DNA of 64,000 nt from Octopus sinensis (lineage: Eukaryota): positions 620,001-684,000 of the forward strand of contig NW_021833026.1 in NCBI RefSeq assembly GCF_006345805.1. The letters are read 5' to 3'. Positions 36,400-52,637 of this stretch are shown here, in pieces. The notes under the pieces were generated by a model, which was given only the letters and a program-made list of their open reading frames with translations, had not been told where the DNA came from and did no database searches. A program made the translations under genes and the position numbers. Within the stretch, counting starts at the first letter, position 1; each line of letters opens with the position of its first letter.

Positions 36400-39300
36400 C
36401 TAGATTAGTTTTATATTATAAATCGTCACGCTCCGGCAGCCAGTATCGCGTGCGTGTTGCCACGAAGAACTGCAATTCCGATACGTTGGCGAAGCCAATA
36501 CCCCTCGCGACTGTCCCTCCTTCGTTTAGCCAGCATCGCACCAATTTCCTTGAGAAATTCCGCGGTTTTGGATCCCACTACACCAGACGTCTCTATCGAG
36601 ATTGGGACAAAACGGAAAAGTTTTCCGATCTCCAAATACTTAGATATCTTCGCCTTTTCTGCTGCATTAGCAGCCCAACCGGGCGAATGAATATTCCGAA
36701 GAATCATGGACTGGGAGAACGTGTCTACGCACGTCGCATCCCATGCGAGTGATTTTCCCTGGGAGTACGGGAAAAGAGTTATCCCATCGGGCCTTCTGCC
36801 ATCTCCCCGGTCAAGCCCGATGGGTTCCAGGTGTGCTGGAAATCCTGCGCTCTCGAGGGCCCGTCGTATTATGTCATTGAGTGCGGCATGGCGGGGAGCG
36901 CGATCTGCACTCCTCTTGCAAGACAGAGGGTGTAGTCCTTTGGAATCGACTATTCCTCCACACCGGCATCTGTGTTCCTGACAGACGTCAAGACCCAAGC
37001 GTTGTGCAACACCGATTCTCACACAATCGTCGTCCATAAGCGTACCGAATGAACTCATGGAAATGCGTGGAGCCATGCACCACTCCCGTGCTGTGCCCCG
37101 GATAGCAAACAGACGAGCCGGTGTTGGTTCAACTCCCGCTTCAGGTCATCAACGACAGCCTTGCATGATATTGCGTCCCAACAATTCTGTCTCGAGACAT
37201 CATCTGGGATTGAAAGTCCGGCTTCCTTCCATTGCAAGCATGCCTTGTCAAATACTGTGTCCAAGGAGAGTCCAGTAGTGTTACGTAGGATTTCCTGGAC
37301 GAGATGACTGCAGCTTGAAAGCGATGACAGATATGCCGGGAATGCGAAATCCAGCGCCGACCTGAGACCCGTTCCTCCGATGCGTGTAGGAAGCTTGCAT
37401 TGATTCCAACCAGGTTCGTCAAAGTGGATGTTCAAGAGCGATTCAGCTGAACTTCTCAAAGTCCTATCCAGTGTCTGTAGAATGTCTCGATGTTCCAAGC
37501 AGGGAGAACAACGGAGAGCGTATTGGAGTTTAGGCAAGCCAATGCTATTTTTCAAAAGGAAGAATGCAGTATGAGCATTGAGTAAGGAGAGTTTCTCCGT
37601 AACTCTAGAAAGACCCTTGTTTTTTTCCAGCAGATGGCACCGCAGTTCCTTTTCGCCAAGTGGGCACCCAAGAAAGTATGCCCTCTCCCGAGGTAAGACA
37701 GTAATCCCAGGTAATATCGATTTGAAAGACTTGACCACGTTGATAAAATCACTTTCCGAGTATGTGATATTTATCAGCTCCGATTTCTTTATATTTATAT
37801 CAAGTCCGAGTTTTCGTAGTACAGGCACGGCTTGTGACAGAACGTCAAAAACTTTTCCCCACGGCCCTCCAATCGTGGCATCATCAAGATACCAGAGGTT
37901 CAGTTCCGCGCTGATGGAACGTACAGTTTCGTTGATTGCCAACGCAAAGAGAAGTGGACCAAGCGGGTCCCCTTGCTGGACTCCAGTCTCCGAATAGATA
38001 ATCTTGTCCGCAAAGACGAGTGAAGACTTGGTTCCGTAGGCCAGGTAGACGAGTGGAATGAGTTCCGGGGCTCGTTTGCTTACAGTCTCGAAAATTTGAT
38101 TCTATTAATTGGTTGTTTTCCACTAGTTAAGAAGGGGGACATTTTTTGACATTATTGCATATATATGTATTTTGTTTATTTAATATTTTGATGTCATTTT
38201 TTAATATATTTCCCTTTTTTGTATTAATTTTTACAAAGTAGTTTAAACTAGAATTTATAGTTTGATAAATACCGATTTATATTAAATACTGAGGACATGT
38301 CCGTGTGTGAAAAAGGAAACATCACCTAAGCGGTTAATAAAAGAGAAAATATAATTATTGTATTTTTAATATCTATTTAAATGTTCGAATATATCTAAAA
38401 AATTTTTAATATTTATTTTATGTAAATTAAAAGTAAGTCATTAACTAGTAAATTCGATGCAGACATGCATTTCTCCTTTCAGGGATTTCATTTCATTTAT
38501 CAAGTTCATTTTGAACGATTTCACTTTTGTAGGCCCGATATAATTTATCCTAGTGTCCGGCTCAGTATTAGTATGCTAAGGGAAAATATCAAATATATTT
38601 CGACGGTTTGTGCCTTCATGGCCAAGGAAGTATGCAGAACTTTTAAAATAACAAGACTTTTAAATTGAGCCTAAAATATTCTGTCTTAGAAAGATCATGC
38701 TTCTATTTTCACTCAAACTTTTAAACCTGAGAATGAGTATTTGTTTTATATTTAGCCAGGTTGGTTAAATCTGGACTCCCTCCGTGGAAATATGGATTAA
38801 AAAGTCACTCAAAAACTGTTTATATTTTTTATTTTATCAAAAAAGTTAGAGGACTGAGTCCGTCAATACAAGTTAGGAGTAATAAGTGATTCACGTCCGA
38901 TGGTCTTATCTTCTGACATTGTTGAAAGAATAGTCGAGAGCTTAAAATTCAGGTCAAGAACGCCGCGCTGTGTATTGAATGGCAGTGTTCGAGATTTTCT
39001 GAAAAAGCTCGTCTCAGTCCGGTCCTTAGTTTTTGTAATAATTTTCCTACCAATGTCGGTAAAAAGGTGAGTCGCAGCGTTGCCGGCTATTTATACTAAA
39101 AATCCTAAGAAAATCAATTTTAACGAAAATTTTATTAACGAAAAATTTTGACTCGTGTGTGCACGTAAGAATAACGCAAAAAACAATCGAAAAACATAGT
39201 TTCAAAGAGAGCTCGAAGTTTTTAACTATCAAAAAATTTAAAAACATTACACAATCTCAAGTGAGTAAAGTATTCAACATGCCAATAGGAACAATAAACA

Positions 39301-40560
39301 AAATCCTAAACAATGAATCCTATTTTGAAAATAAGAATTCTTACATAATTTCCTCCAAGTTTTCCTTAATTCATATACCGCTTTATGAATGAATTCAGAA
39401 TAAAAGATCATTCGGCGATACTATTACAAATGGAATGCTACAACAAATGGCAATAAAAATTGCAAAAAATTAATTTCCGAATTTTAAAGCTTCAAGTATA
39501 TGGATTAATTCTTTTAAGAATAAATTTGGAATAAAATATTGTACTAAATCAGGCAATTAGTCAATCCTGTATTTTTATATGACCTCCACTGCTGCTCGCC
39601 GCGAACGACGAAATGCTGCGCCGCACTTCGCCTTCAGTAACAGTTGTCCTTGGCATATCTCCCGGGAGCACGAATGGGCGGTAATCTTCCGGCGGACATG
39701 GATGTTTTCGTCTGATCTGCTCGAGGACTTCAGGTGTTGGAGCCAGGACGGTATCGTCGCTGGAAACGACCCGCAACGCCGCCCGGACGTCGCCTTCAAG
39801 AAGTTTACGATTTACTCTCTCTCCGAGTGTATCTGGGCAATTCCGAAAGAGCGTATGATCGGCGTCCGGATGTTTTGCTTTTGAAAATTCCGTTTTGTTA
39901 ATAGATCGTGATTGGAAATCGTGGATATTTTTCTTCATTTTTGAGGAAAGTGAGTTTCCAAGCATGGAACTTTCTCTAGTGTTCCGATGTGGCTCCTTTG
40001 ACTCAGTGTAAGGTATGCCAAGTGCAAGCGGGGCGAAACCGAAGAGTTTGAGCCAGGCCTCTTGGTCGTTGGACGTGAGTGCATCGTCAATAGCGGAAGC
40101 CAGGCATATAGCTGCAGGGATCCGGACGGGTCTCGGGATCTTAAGTGGAATCTTGTTGGCCTTCCTTTGCTCAGACAAGAAAAGCAGGAGAGAATCCGTA
40201 TTGTCGAAATCCAACGGCTCGCTAGAGACGACAGGTTCATTCGATATTTTCGCCTGGGTCTTCCGGCCAAAGCCCATACATACATTGCAGTTCCATAAAC
40301 TGAGTGAGGATGCAGCCTGCCGGGACATCCTTACACATCCGAGGTGGAAAAAGTTCCCCCAAATCGAGCAGAAGAGCCCGTACTTGCGTGCATTGCCACA
40401 ACCGCACGAAGAACACACCAGACCAACTCTCACAGGGATAATGTGCGTAGTGTTGTGTTCTTGCATCTTGGAGACTGTTTCTACGCACTCTATTTGTTCG
40501 ATGGCTCTTTTTTCTTTCTTCTTTTTCCAGTTCCTTTCGTTCCTTTAGATTTATGTGCCC
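36400..40560 (-). mobile_element. CRE-like retrotransposon, near full length, interrupted at 38103-39580
   Basis: N-terminal PHD-like CSSC..CSIW..HLGC..WNCNVC (39561-40466), RT (37055-38100), CCHC + RLE (36426-37076). Confidence 0.92.
38103..39580. repeat. 1478-bp block copied from the 27541-31258 region, including Tigger N-terminus
   Basis: Matches 27541-27879 + 28156-28222 + 30325-31258 without the CRE insertions; encodes HTH SQVSKVFNMPIGTINKIL. Confidence 0.85.
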
Positions 40561-40644
40561 TTAAATAAGCACAAAAGATTAAGCTTTCTTAATTATACTT
40601 CGTTTGCGTAATCTGTCGTTTATCTGTGGAATCTCCCCTTCGAG

Positions 40645-40795
40645 GATTTTCTGTGTTGTATTTATAGACAGTATTCTTCAAAATATCAATTCAATTATTG
40701 AATTCGGATTAAAATATTGTTTTTGTTAATCAACGCTTTAGTGTTTGATTATATCGTTCTACCTGCCCTTGTGATTGAGGGTGTCTTGGTCTTCC
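40645..40795 (-). mobile_element. Ginger-like integrase fragment
   Basis: GRPRHPQSQGQVERYNQTLKR*...VYKYNT. Confidence 0.85.
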
Positions 40796-40965
40796 GCTGC
40801 AGTTCAAACAGTCTTTGTGACAGGGCATATATATCTAATTTTAAATAAAAAGTTGTAACCAATTTATCTTTGTTTCCGACAAAATAAAAATTGGATGGGG
40901 CAAGGTCATTATCTGACAAACAGATAATCCAATTATTTTTTATAATCTGCTTATTATTTTTTAAG
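40796..40965 (-). pseudogene. Duplicated EGFR-like cysteine-rich (domain IV) piece
   Basis: ~85 nt nearly identical to 41985-42070, continuing FYFVGNKDK...PCHKDCLNCSG. Confidence 0.75.
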
Positions 40966-40974
40966 TAGAATGAG

Positions 40975-43760
<2,786 letters not shown>

Positions 43761-44199
43761 CCACAAATAAAAATAGTCAGATTTATAAAATTAGAAATCA
43801 ATGGGAAATAATCCTGATTTTTACTAATTATTTTCTATGGATGTGTTTTTGGTAAAAATGGCTAGATATTCTAGAAATATCTACCATGACTCGAAAATCT
43901 TTGGGAAGTCTTCTGTAGTAAAGGAAATAAACACTTTAAATTTAGGAAACTAAGTGAGAATTCATAGCTTTAGTTATTTTTGACAGGTGATTAGAGAAAA
44001 TTGACTTCTTGGAGAAAATCTACGTTAAAAATAAGCAACATTTCATATTTCATTATTATTCGAAATTTATTTTTCACAGATAATAATTATGTATGTATTG
44101 AATACAATTTTGTCATGAAATCATTCTAAGATAATATTAAGAAACTATTACAGTTGAACTTCTGCCCCAATAGAAATCCGCCCCAGATTCAAATACAGA

Positions 44200-44600
44200 G
44201 GGTATGGTAATTTATACTCTTTTTTAAAAAATAGCATTTAAAAATCAAAAAATCCATTTTATTTATCAATTTAAAAAAGTAATCGCTAATTTTCTCTCCA
44301 ACATTACTTTATCTGAGTCGTGATATTTCTGGCAATATTTTAAATTAAACATTCGGAAATTAAAATCCCACCTTGCCTCAGATTCAATGAAAAGTTCAAA
44401 CACCAGACGATCAAATTTCAATGATAGATCTGATTCATAGTTTTTGTATAGGACTGCGTCAGGAATAGAATTTGAATCAAATCCTTGTTTAGCTTCCATT
44501 TTTATTCTAGATACTGTTCCCTTCCCAACTTTAAAAATCTTGGATATTTCCTTTTTAAATATGGAGTTTACCAACACTTAAGCAAATTTTTGTTTAAAGC
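44200..44600 (-). mobile_element. Tigger/CENP-B-like N-terminal HTH fragment
   Basis: KEISKIFKVGKGTVSRIK...FDRLVFELF...DKVMLERK; TA-CAGTTGAAC end-like motif near 44148. Confidence 0.6.
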
Positions 44601-46060
44601 AAAGCAAGTTTTTTTGGCATGATCACTAAACTCTACGCTATAATTTCAAATAAAATAACGTATAAAAATTTTATATAAAATTATTTTTAAAATGCCCCAA
44701 TAAACGGGGTCGATAATTTTTTTAGTATTCTATAGGTAGAAAATTGAATAAACTGCTATAAAATGAAAGGATTGATTGTTGATTTCAGCTTAACTTTGAT
44801 GATTAAAGATATTTGTCAAAACAGGTAAAATGAAATACTCTCATCATGCTTTGGGCTTTGCGACAACTCGCCTATAGTCGAGTTCAAGTGAAAATATTCC
44901 AAGGGTAAATAAAATTTTTAAAAGATTTATATTTTCTTTAATATTACCTTTGTTATACTGTCACTTGCCGTCGTAAGTGCGCGTGTTTCAGTATTTTTCC
45001 CAACGAGGTAGGGGCAAATACCTACACTTTGCTTACTTACTCCTCCAATCAACCCCCGCAGGCAAAAATTTTAAAAACAATGATGACATTATAGAGCATG
45101 ACGTATTTTAAAATAAATAAAAATTTTATTTTTACCAGATTAAATCTAAATAATTAAAATTTGAACAATTTTTTAAATTTAATCCTTATTATGACTGATT
45201 TTGAACTGCTTAAAAGCCAAAGAGATAGCAAACTTTTACTACACCGCAACTATTTGTATAATTAAAAAACTTTTATTTTTCCTCTTACAACTATAATAAA
45301 AATTTCTAGGGACTGCTGAATCGAAGGTAAATACGATACAATTCTTATTGGCAGATTTCTATTAATTTTACTGTTTCAATTTTTCTTTATAAATAAATTT
45401 AACGAATTGTTACGATACAATTCTTACCCGATAGGACTTGGTTTAGAGGGGTTTGACTGCAGTACTAAAATTAAATAAATCGTCTTATTTTTCGAATATG
45501 ATTCTTTTTGTTGTTAAAAATAATTTGAGTTTTAGATGCTTTCGGAATGATTAAAAACTTGAGGCCAAGAAAGTAATGATGGATTCATGGATACAATCAC
45601 GTAACAAATAATAACACGTGAATATTTCAAATCGTTTTTAATCACAAAATAAAATCCATAGTTAAAATAACTAGTGTTGTATTTTGAATCTTCTTAACCC
45701 CTACAGTCGTAAAAAATTATTATAATTATAATTTATTGATTAAACTAGTATAATGAAAGTTGTTGACATGTTGCACATTCTGTCTTTTGTGTTAATTTTC
45801 ATTGATTGTTGAGTTATCCTCATAATTGCAGAATATGAATTTTTCATTGTTAACGAAACGGTGTAACCACTGTAAAAGTAAGACCGTTGACTATTTACCC
45901 ACGAAGTGACTACAAATAGAGGCATAACCATGATTTCACAGAGAGACATAACGAGGTACCCTCGGCTTTAGTTCTCCAATAAGTGTGGTTTGAGGTGGTG
46001 CAGAAAGCTGCGAATTCATCATCAGTGTGTGAGAACTCGAAAAAAATTATGATATATCTT

Positions 46061-46184
46061 ATGGAATAAGAGGATATATTTATTTATGGAATAAGAGGAT
46101 ATATTTATGGAATAAGAGGATTTATTTATGAAATTAGAGGATATATTTATGAAATTAGAGGATATATTAATGAAATACCCTGTA
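46061..46184 (+). repeat. ~21-bp tandem repeat x5, unique to duplication copy 2
   Basis: ATGGAATAAGAGGATATATTT / ATGAAATTAGAGGATATATTT units; absent at the equivalent sites near 7630 and 4318. Confidence 0.85.
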
Positions 46185-46857
46185 AATTAACTCTTTTATT
46201 CCTGATCTTATGAAGAATGCTTTTTAATAACTAATATAAATAATAAAATTGAACAAAAATTTGTTTTCGGGATAAAAATTTCATTATTTTAAAGAATTTA
46301 TAGGAGACATTAATTTTATTTTTAACTATTTGACCTAGAATATTAACTCTAAACACTGCATGTGATTGTTTTAACTGTGAAAAATATTTTTTTTTAATTC
46401 ATTTTTTATTTTTAACTTCATAGCTGTTCCCATTCTTGTCAACAACTTAATATATTCTCGTATCTACCTTTTCTTATAGCTGCATCGTTCGATGTGCTGA
46501 ATTTATGTTTAAATAATTCATCTAATATTTTGCTGAAAAATGGTCCCGATCGAGACACACCTGCGGGATAGGCACACAGCTGGACTATGACAAATGTCAC
46601 TTAAACCGTGACAAAAGAATTTATAATTAATCCATAAGTTCTCTTTTGGTAATAGCTGAGAAACTCCCAAATGATTTAAAAACTTATAAATTTGAAAAAT
46701 ATTGGTGCTAAAAGCAAAATTGTTTTTTTTGAAAATGAAGTAATTGAACAAAAGGTGAACATTTTTTTAGGAAACAAATTATAAATATAAAAATAAAATT
46801 TTATTTGTTTATTATTTTATAAATTATTATTGCTATGCAAATATTTAATAAAATAAT

Positions 46858-47709
46858 TTGATGATTAAAAGAATCACTTCAGTTATCCTGACATTTACTT
46901 TACTCCTTGTTACATTTTTCTTTTCAAATGTTACCTATGAATTTCAAATAAATAAAATGACATCCATATACACTAAAAACGACTTCTCTAATCATCAATG
47001 GAATCGGTTTTATTTAATAGAAGAACAAAAATTATTCTATTGCAAAATCCCTAAAGTTGGATCAACGACAATGCTGAAATGGTTACTGATGACTTACTGT
47101 ATTAAAAACAAAATCAAAAACTGTACTCGATTTTCTCAAAATGAAATTCACGAAGTCAATTATATAAAAACGTATGAGAAAAGTTTTATTAATTTGAATT
47201 CAATCAACAATATGGAAGGCGTTCAAAAAATCTTGATAGTAAGACATCCAGCCGAACGCATAGTCTCTGCATATTTAAACAAATTTATTTACGAAACAAA
47301 ACGTGTCGGAAAATCGCCACACTATGTTCAACAAGTTCGACAAGCCTTAACTGGCTATCCTGAAGAGTTTGTAACATTTGAACAATTTGTCAGTTATTTA
47401 ATAAATAACTCCCAAAAGGCTTCACAATTTAATGAACATTGGGCATTAATGAGCGATTTGTGTTTGCCCGGATACATCAATTACAAAATAATATATCTAG
47501 AACAACTTGATGAATTTATGCAACATCTTTTTAAGATTTACGGATTAACAGAAAAAGGAATGTTTTGGATCAAAGACGTTACGCATAAAACGAACTCTGT
47601 TGATTATGTTTCCAAATATTTTTTGAATTTGACGACAGAAATGAAATATGCTTTTTACAATTTGTACAAAAATGATCACCTCTATTTTGGGTTTAAGCCT
47701 TATTTGTAA
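46858..47709 (+). CDS. Carbohydrate sulfotransferase paralog, 283 aa, intronless
   Basis: 278/283 residues identical to 6173-7024. Confidence 0.9.
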   Translation: MMIKRITSVILTFTLLLVTFFFSNVTYEFQINKMTSIYTKNDFSNHQWNRFYLIEEQKLFYCKIPKVGSTTMLKWLLMTYCIKNKIKNCTRFSQNEIHEVNYIKTYEKSFINLNSINNMEGVQKILIVRHPAERIVSAYLNKFIYETKRVGKSPHYVQQVRQALTGYPEEFVTFEQFVSYLINNSQKASQFNEHWALMSDLCLPGYINYKIIYLEQLDEFMQHLFKIYGLTEKGMFWIKDVTHKTNSVDYVSKYFLNLTTEMKYAFYNLYKNDHLYFGFKPYL

Positions 47710-48843
47710 TAAATAATTATTAATTTAATAAACAACATTCTATTCTATAAATAAATTTAACATTTTATTAATCAAAGATTATCCAAGATATTATTGTTTT
47801 TAAATCTTATATTTTATTTCAGTAAATCGTTGGTCAATAAAAAGTGTTAAAAGTGTTAAAGTGTTATCTTTGTAAACAAGAAAGTCAATTTATTGATTGA
47901 CATTTTTTGTTAGAATTGCATGGATTAATAAAATATTAATTTCTTTTCAGGTATCATGAAATGTGTTATTGTCAAAAAAAATTAACGACTATTTATTTAA
48001 AAAATACTGACTAATTAATGATGTTTCCCTTCAACAGAGGAAAGCCACTTATCTGGGACGCTACGTGTGTAGACTAATTCTCTCCCAAGAACCTTCTGAT
48101 GTCCGCATCCACCCATGGATCAATAATCGCCACAACTGCTGAATACAAAAAGATACGGAAGTACTCTTCACTTGTGGAGAAGTACCTCGAAAGGACCAGA
48201 ACCCATTATCAAGAATTATCAACATTTTAGATTTTTATTTTCAAAATATTGTATAAATACACAAAAAACAATATCTTTTTTTTAAAAATAAGTCAGCAAC
48301 CCAATAAGAATTTGAAGAAAATTTTATATGGAAACTTATAAAAGATATTCAAAATAATTTTTATTTAGTCAAAAACTAATGATATTTAAAATTAAAAATA
48401 ATAATTTTGTTTACAAATGAATCACGTGGATAAGAATTAATAAAATTATACAAACCGATGGTGAATTGATTAATCATACGCCACAACAACTTTTGAGGTT
48501 TTGGTTTTACCCGAAGCAAATTTTTGATTATGTAAAAATTCAAATGAATCTAGAAAGCATATTTTAAATATTTTTACTCTAAATTAAAGTATATTGTTGC
48601 TAGAGTCATGATTGTTTTACATAAATATTCTCTACTTTCCGGTTCTAGATCACTAAAATCTGAATTTCATAATTATCTTTATCTAAATAAAAATATCAAA
48701 AAAGCTACGCAGTGTTTGCCAGATGAGTGTCTACCAACAACTTCTAAATTGTAAGAAAAAGAGAACAAAAATATTTGATCATTTCTTGAAGTCTGCTAAT
48801 AATATTTATCTAGCTGTTGTGGTGTGATTAACGGAAACCTCAG

Positions 48844-51800
48844 ATGGTAAATAAAGAACGAAGCGAAGACGAAGCACGAGGAACAAAGCCACTGAGGACA
48901 ACTCGGGCATGTCTCTTTTGTGGGCAGTCGAATATCAGGAAATTTGGAATTAACTGCACGCCATGTGAATCATTCGCCCATTTGGGCTGCATAAAAATGA
49001 GCAAAGCCTGCGCCGAGACGCTGTCAAGCTGGCAGTGCCCCCCTTGTATTGGAAACGAGGTCCCCAGGCGGGAAACAACAGCCCAGCCAAACTTTACATC
49101 ACCACATACTGACCACATTCTCTTGAAGATCTCGAACCTCCGGAAAGCCAGGAAAATCCCAGTAAAAATCCCAAAAGGAGCACGTATTGCCGCAGCAACG
49201 TGCCTCTCAGACCTCATTGACAACGCACTGTCCTCTGACAGCTGGGAATCCTGGCTAAAACTTATATGCTTCGCACCTGTTGCACTCGGAACACCTACAA
49301 CGGAATCTGATAACCAGAGTAAAGAAACAAACCCCCGGCTAAACTTAACCGGGAAACTGAAAGGAAGAATATTGAATTACGGCAGTCATAGCATACACGC
49401 AATACTTGAACAGCCACTTATTGCCAATGCGGTCAAAACCAGAGGAGCATTCACCAAAGATGCCCCCAACAAACTGAAGGAGCGAGTGAATCGGAAACTT
49501 CTGGAGGGCGATGTGCGGGCAGCCCTACGGGTTATCACGTCCGATGACACCGTGCTGTCTAGCACCCCCGAGGTCCTGAATACCTTAATTCAGAAGCACC
49601 CAAGTGCACCGAGTGATTATGTAAAGTTCTCGAATCCTGAAGGAACCCAAGAGATTATGATTACCGAATCAGAAGTGCGGCGCGGAATCGCTTCCTTTGC
49701 CGCTAGCAGCAGCGGAGGCTTGGATGGGTTACGCCCCGGCCATATCAAGGACCTAACGTCCACCTACACCTCGGAAGCAGGACGCTGTCTTGTTAAATCG
49801 ATCACGGACCTAATAAGGAAAATGGTGAATGGCGACATCCCGGAGTATGCCAGAGAATTGCTCTTCTCCGCAAGGCTACTCGCGTTCAAAAAACCAACGG
49901 AGGAATCCGCCCCATTGCGGTCGGAAACTATTTCAGAAGACTCGCAGCGAAGATTGCTTCGACCCTCGTGAGCCGCCCACTCGGTGCGGAGTTCTTCCCA
50001 GAACAAATGGGTGTTAGTATCCAGAACGGATGTGAGGCAGCGGTTCATGCGGCAAGGCGTTTCTTCACACAGAAGAATACTGCAAACGAATGCATTGGAA
50101 TCAAATTGGACATAACCAATGCATTCAATTCTCTCAGAAGAGACTCCATTATGGAAACGTGTTGGAAGAGGGCTCCCATGCTTTTCCCTCTTGTTAAATT
50201 GTCATACGGAGAAGATACGTCTCTGTTTTTGATGATGAAATCATCAAATCAAAAACTGGTGTCCAGCAGGGAGATCCGCTCGGACCCCTCTTATTTGCCC
50301 TGACAATTGATGATGTTGTGAGATCAATTGACGCACAACTAAATCTCTGGTATCTCGACGATGCCACAATTGGAGGATCATTCGAGGAAACATACAATTC
50401 TTTACGTCAAGCACTTCCCGCATTAAAACACTTGGGATTGGACATCAATATTAACAAATCAGAGTTAATAAATGTCTCATACTCAAACACCGACTTTCTC
50501 TCTATCAAGGAGTTTTTCAACGAACTGCTTCCCGGGATCCCGACTGTGCCAGTTGATAAACTATATTTCCTTGGATGTCCACTCAGTGAAGACGAACTCA
50601 GGAACCATCTACTTTCTAAAAATGAAGAATTGTCTCGCCTCGCAAAAAGATTGTCATGCCTCGACTCTCACACATCCTTCTTCCTGATGAGAAACAACAT
50701 CGGACTACCCAAGCTTTTATACCTACTGCGAAGTTCACCCTGCCACGAACATTACGACAGTCTACTTTCGATAGACAAATCTCTCAAACAAACTGTTGAG
50801 TCACTAATCAACGTCCGCTTCGACGAACTCGGTTGGAAGCAATGTAAGCTTCCCTCTGGATTTGGGGGTGTCGGTCTAAGATCGGCGCTGGAGGTCGCGT
50901 ACCCGGCATATCTTTCGTCTCTCTCAAGCTGCAACCATTTGACACGGCAAGTCCTTCGTCACACTATTGGACTTCGCTGGAATGAGTCATTTGATGAAGC
51001 TTGCCGGGATTGGAACGGGTCAGGACTCAAAATCCCCGAAGACACAACGAAACAAAGAACTGGGATAACATTGTCTGCTCCAAAATTTCAGAAGGGCTTA
51101 AAAAAGAAGCAAATCAACATCGCCTTGCTTGCCTGGTGTCAGCCTCAAGTGGAGGGAGCGGAGCATGGCTTGGTGCAATCCCTTGCCCAAATCTCGGGAC
51201 TTTTTTGGACGACGATTCTTTGAGGATTGGAATCGGACAAAGACTTGGACTAGACGTTTGCCAGGAGCACCGATGCCGCTGCGGGAAAACGGTCGATGCG
51301 AAGGGATTGCACCCGCTATCCTGCAGGAGATCCGCCGGAAGAGGACCACGTCACGCCGCTCTGAACGACGTGATCGTCAGAGCTCTGAAGGCTGCAGGCT
51401 TCCCAGCACAGCTTGAACCAGTGGGTCTCGATCGAGGTGATGGAAAGAGACCTGACGGGATGACTCTTTTCCCTTTCAACTCCGGACGATCTTTGGTCTG
51501 GGACGCAACTTGCGTCGATACTTACTCAAGCACGAATCTCCTTAAATCGGTTCAGACACCTGGAGCAGCTGCCTCAATCGCGGAAAACCTTAAAACCAAA
51601 AAATATTCCTTCCTCGGGGACCGCTACAGATTCACCCCTGTTGCGGCTGAGTCATCAGGAGCTGTTGGCCCAGCGACTGCCGAGTTCTTGCGCGAACTCG
51701 GAAGAATGCTCGCCACAAAGAAAAATGATCCTCGTGAAGGAGTATGGCTAAGACAAAGGATCGGAATAGCCATACTCCGAGGGAACTCGCTTTCCATACA

Positions 51801-51900
51801 GGCAGCGGGCTTCCTCAATTGATTTCTCAAATCAATCTCTTCTCTGAATTTATTAACTGACTTTAAAAAAAATAAATAAAATTCAATTTCTGATATTTAT
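48844..51900 (+). mobile_element. Near-intact CRE-like retrotransposon: PHD finger + RT + CCHC + RLE
   Basis: Four overlapping ORFs separated by three -1 shifts; CLFC..CTPC..HLGC..WQCPPC; QQGDPLGP; WYLDD; CRCG..HPLSC..RH; RPDG..WDATCVD; stop at 51822, A-rich 3' UTR. Confidence 0.95.
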
Positions 51901-52637
51901 TCTAACTTTACAAATATAAGTAAAAAACAAATTGATATTTTTTATATGACCACAATAATTGGTGCTCCTTGATATTTTTTAAAAATAATAGTTGATTTTA
52001 TACAAAAAGTATCAAACAGTTAAAATATATCAACTTTATTGTATAAAACGATAATATATTTGGAAGGCAATACAAATATTTTGGAACTGTGTTTAAGGTC
52101 ATTATAATTTAACTGTGGTAAAGTAATCTATTATAAAAAAACAATAATTGTACGACCAAAGTTTGAATTTACAGTTTCTTTAAACAAAGCACTAATTTTA
52201 TAATGAATGAATTTAATCTTATAGTCAATAAAGGATGGATCTACATTATGCATCAAGTGTCGTTTTTGAATGCATCAAGATTTTATAACTCATCATTTTT
52301 TATTAACTTATTTAATTATTAAATTCAGAAACCAAACTCCGTAGATTATATTCTGCAGGTAACTATGACTTGAAAATAGACAACTACGAAATGCAAAAAT
52401 TACAATTTTATTCTGACTCAAAATAAATTGCAGATTCTAAATCATGCTTTGAATAAGTCATTTAAATTCTTAATAATTAATTGTAAAATAAACTAATCGA
52501 TTTATACGAACCAATAGCAATTTAACTAATCGGACAATGAAGACATTCTGTGTTATTTTAAAAATTATAAAGTTAATAATAAATCAGTCATTTGCTTATC
52601 TTTCTTTTAATGACTCCCATGCTCCGATTAATCTCTT

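Larger units (their letters stand above)
45269..48447. repeat. 3-kb segmental duplication, copy 2 (inverted)
   Basis: Reverse complement of 5445-8446 with small indels. Confidence 0.92.

Noticed and set aside
48470-48831. TTAA-bounded imperfect inverted repeat (piggyBac-like MITE)
   Set aside because: Termini are gapped, do not begin with the usual CCY/CAC, and there is no second copy in the window
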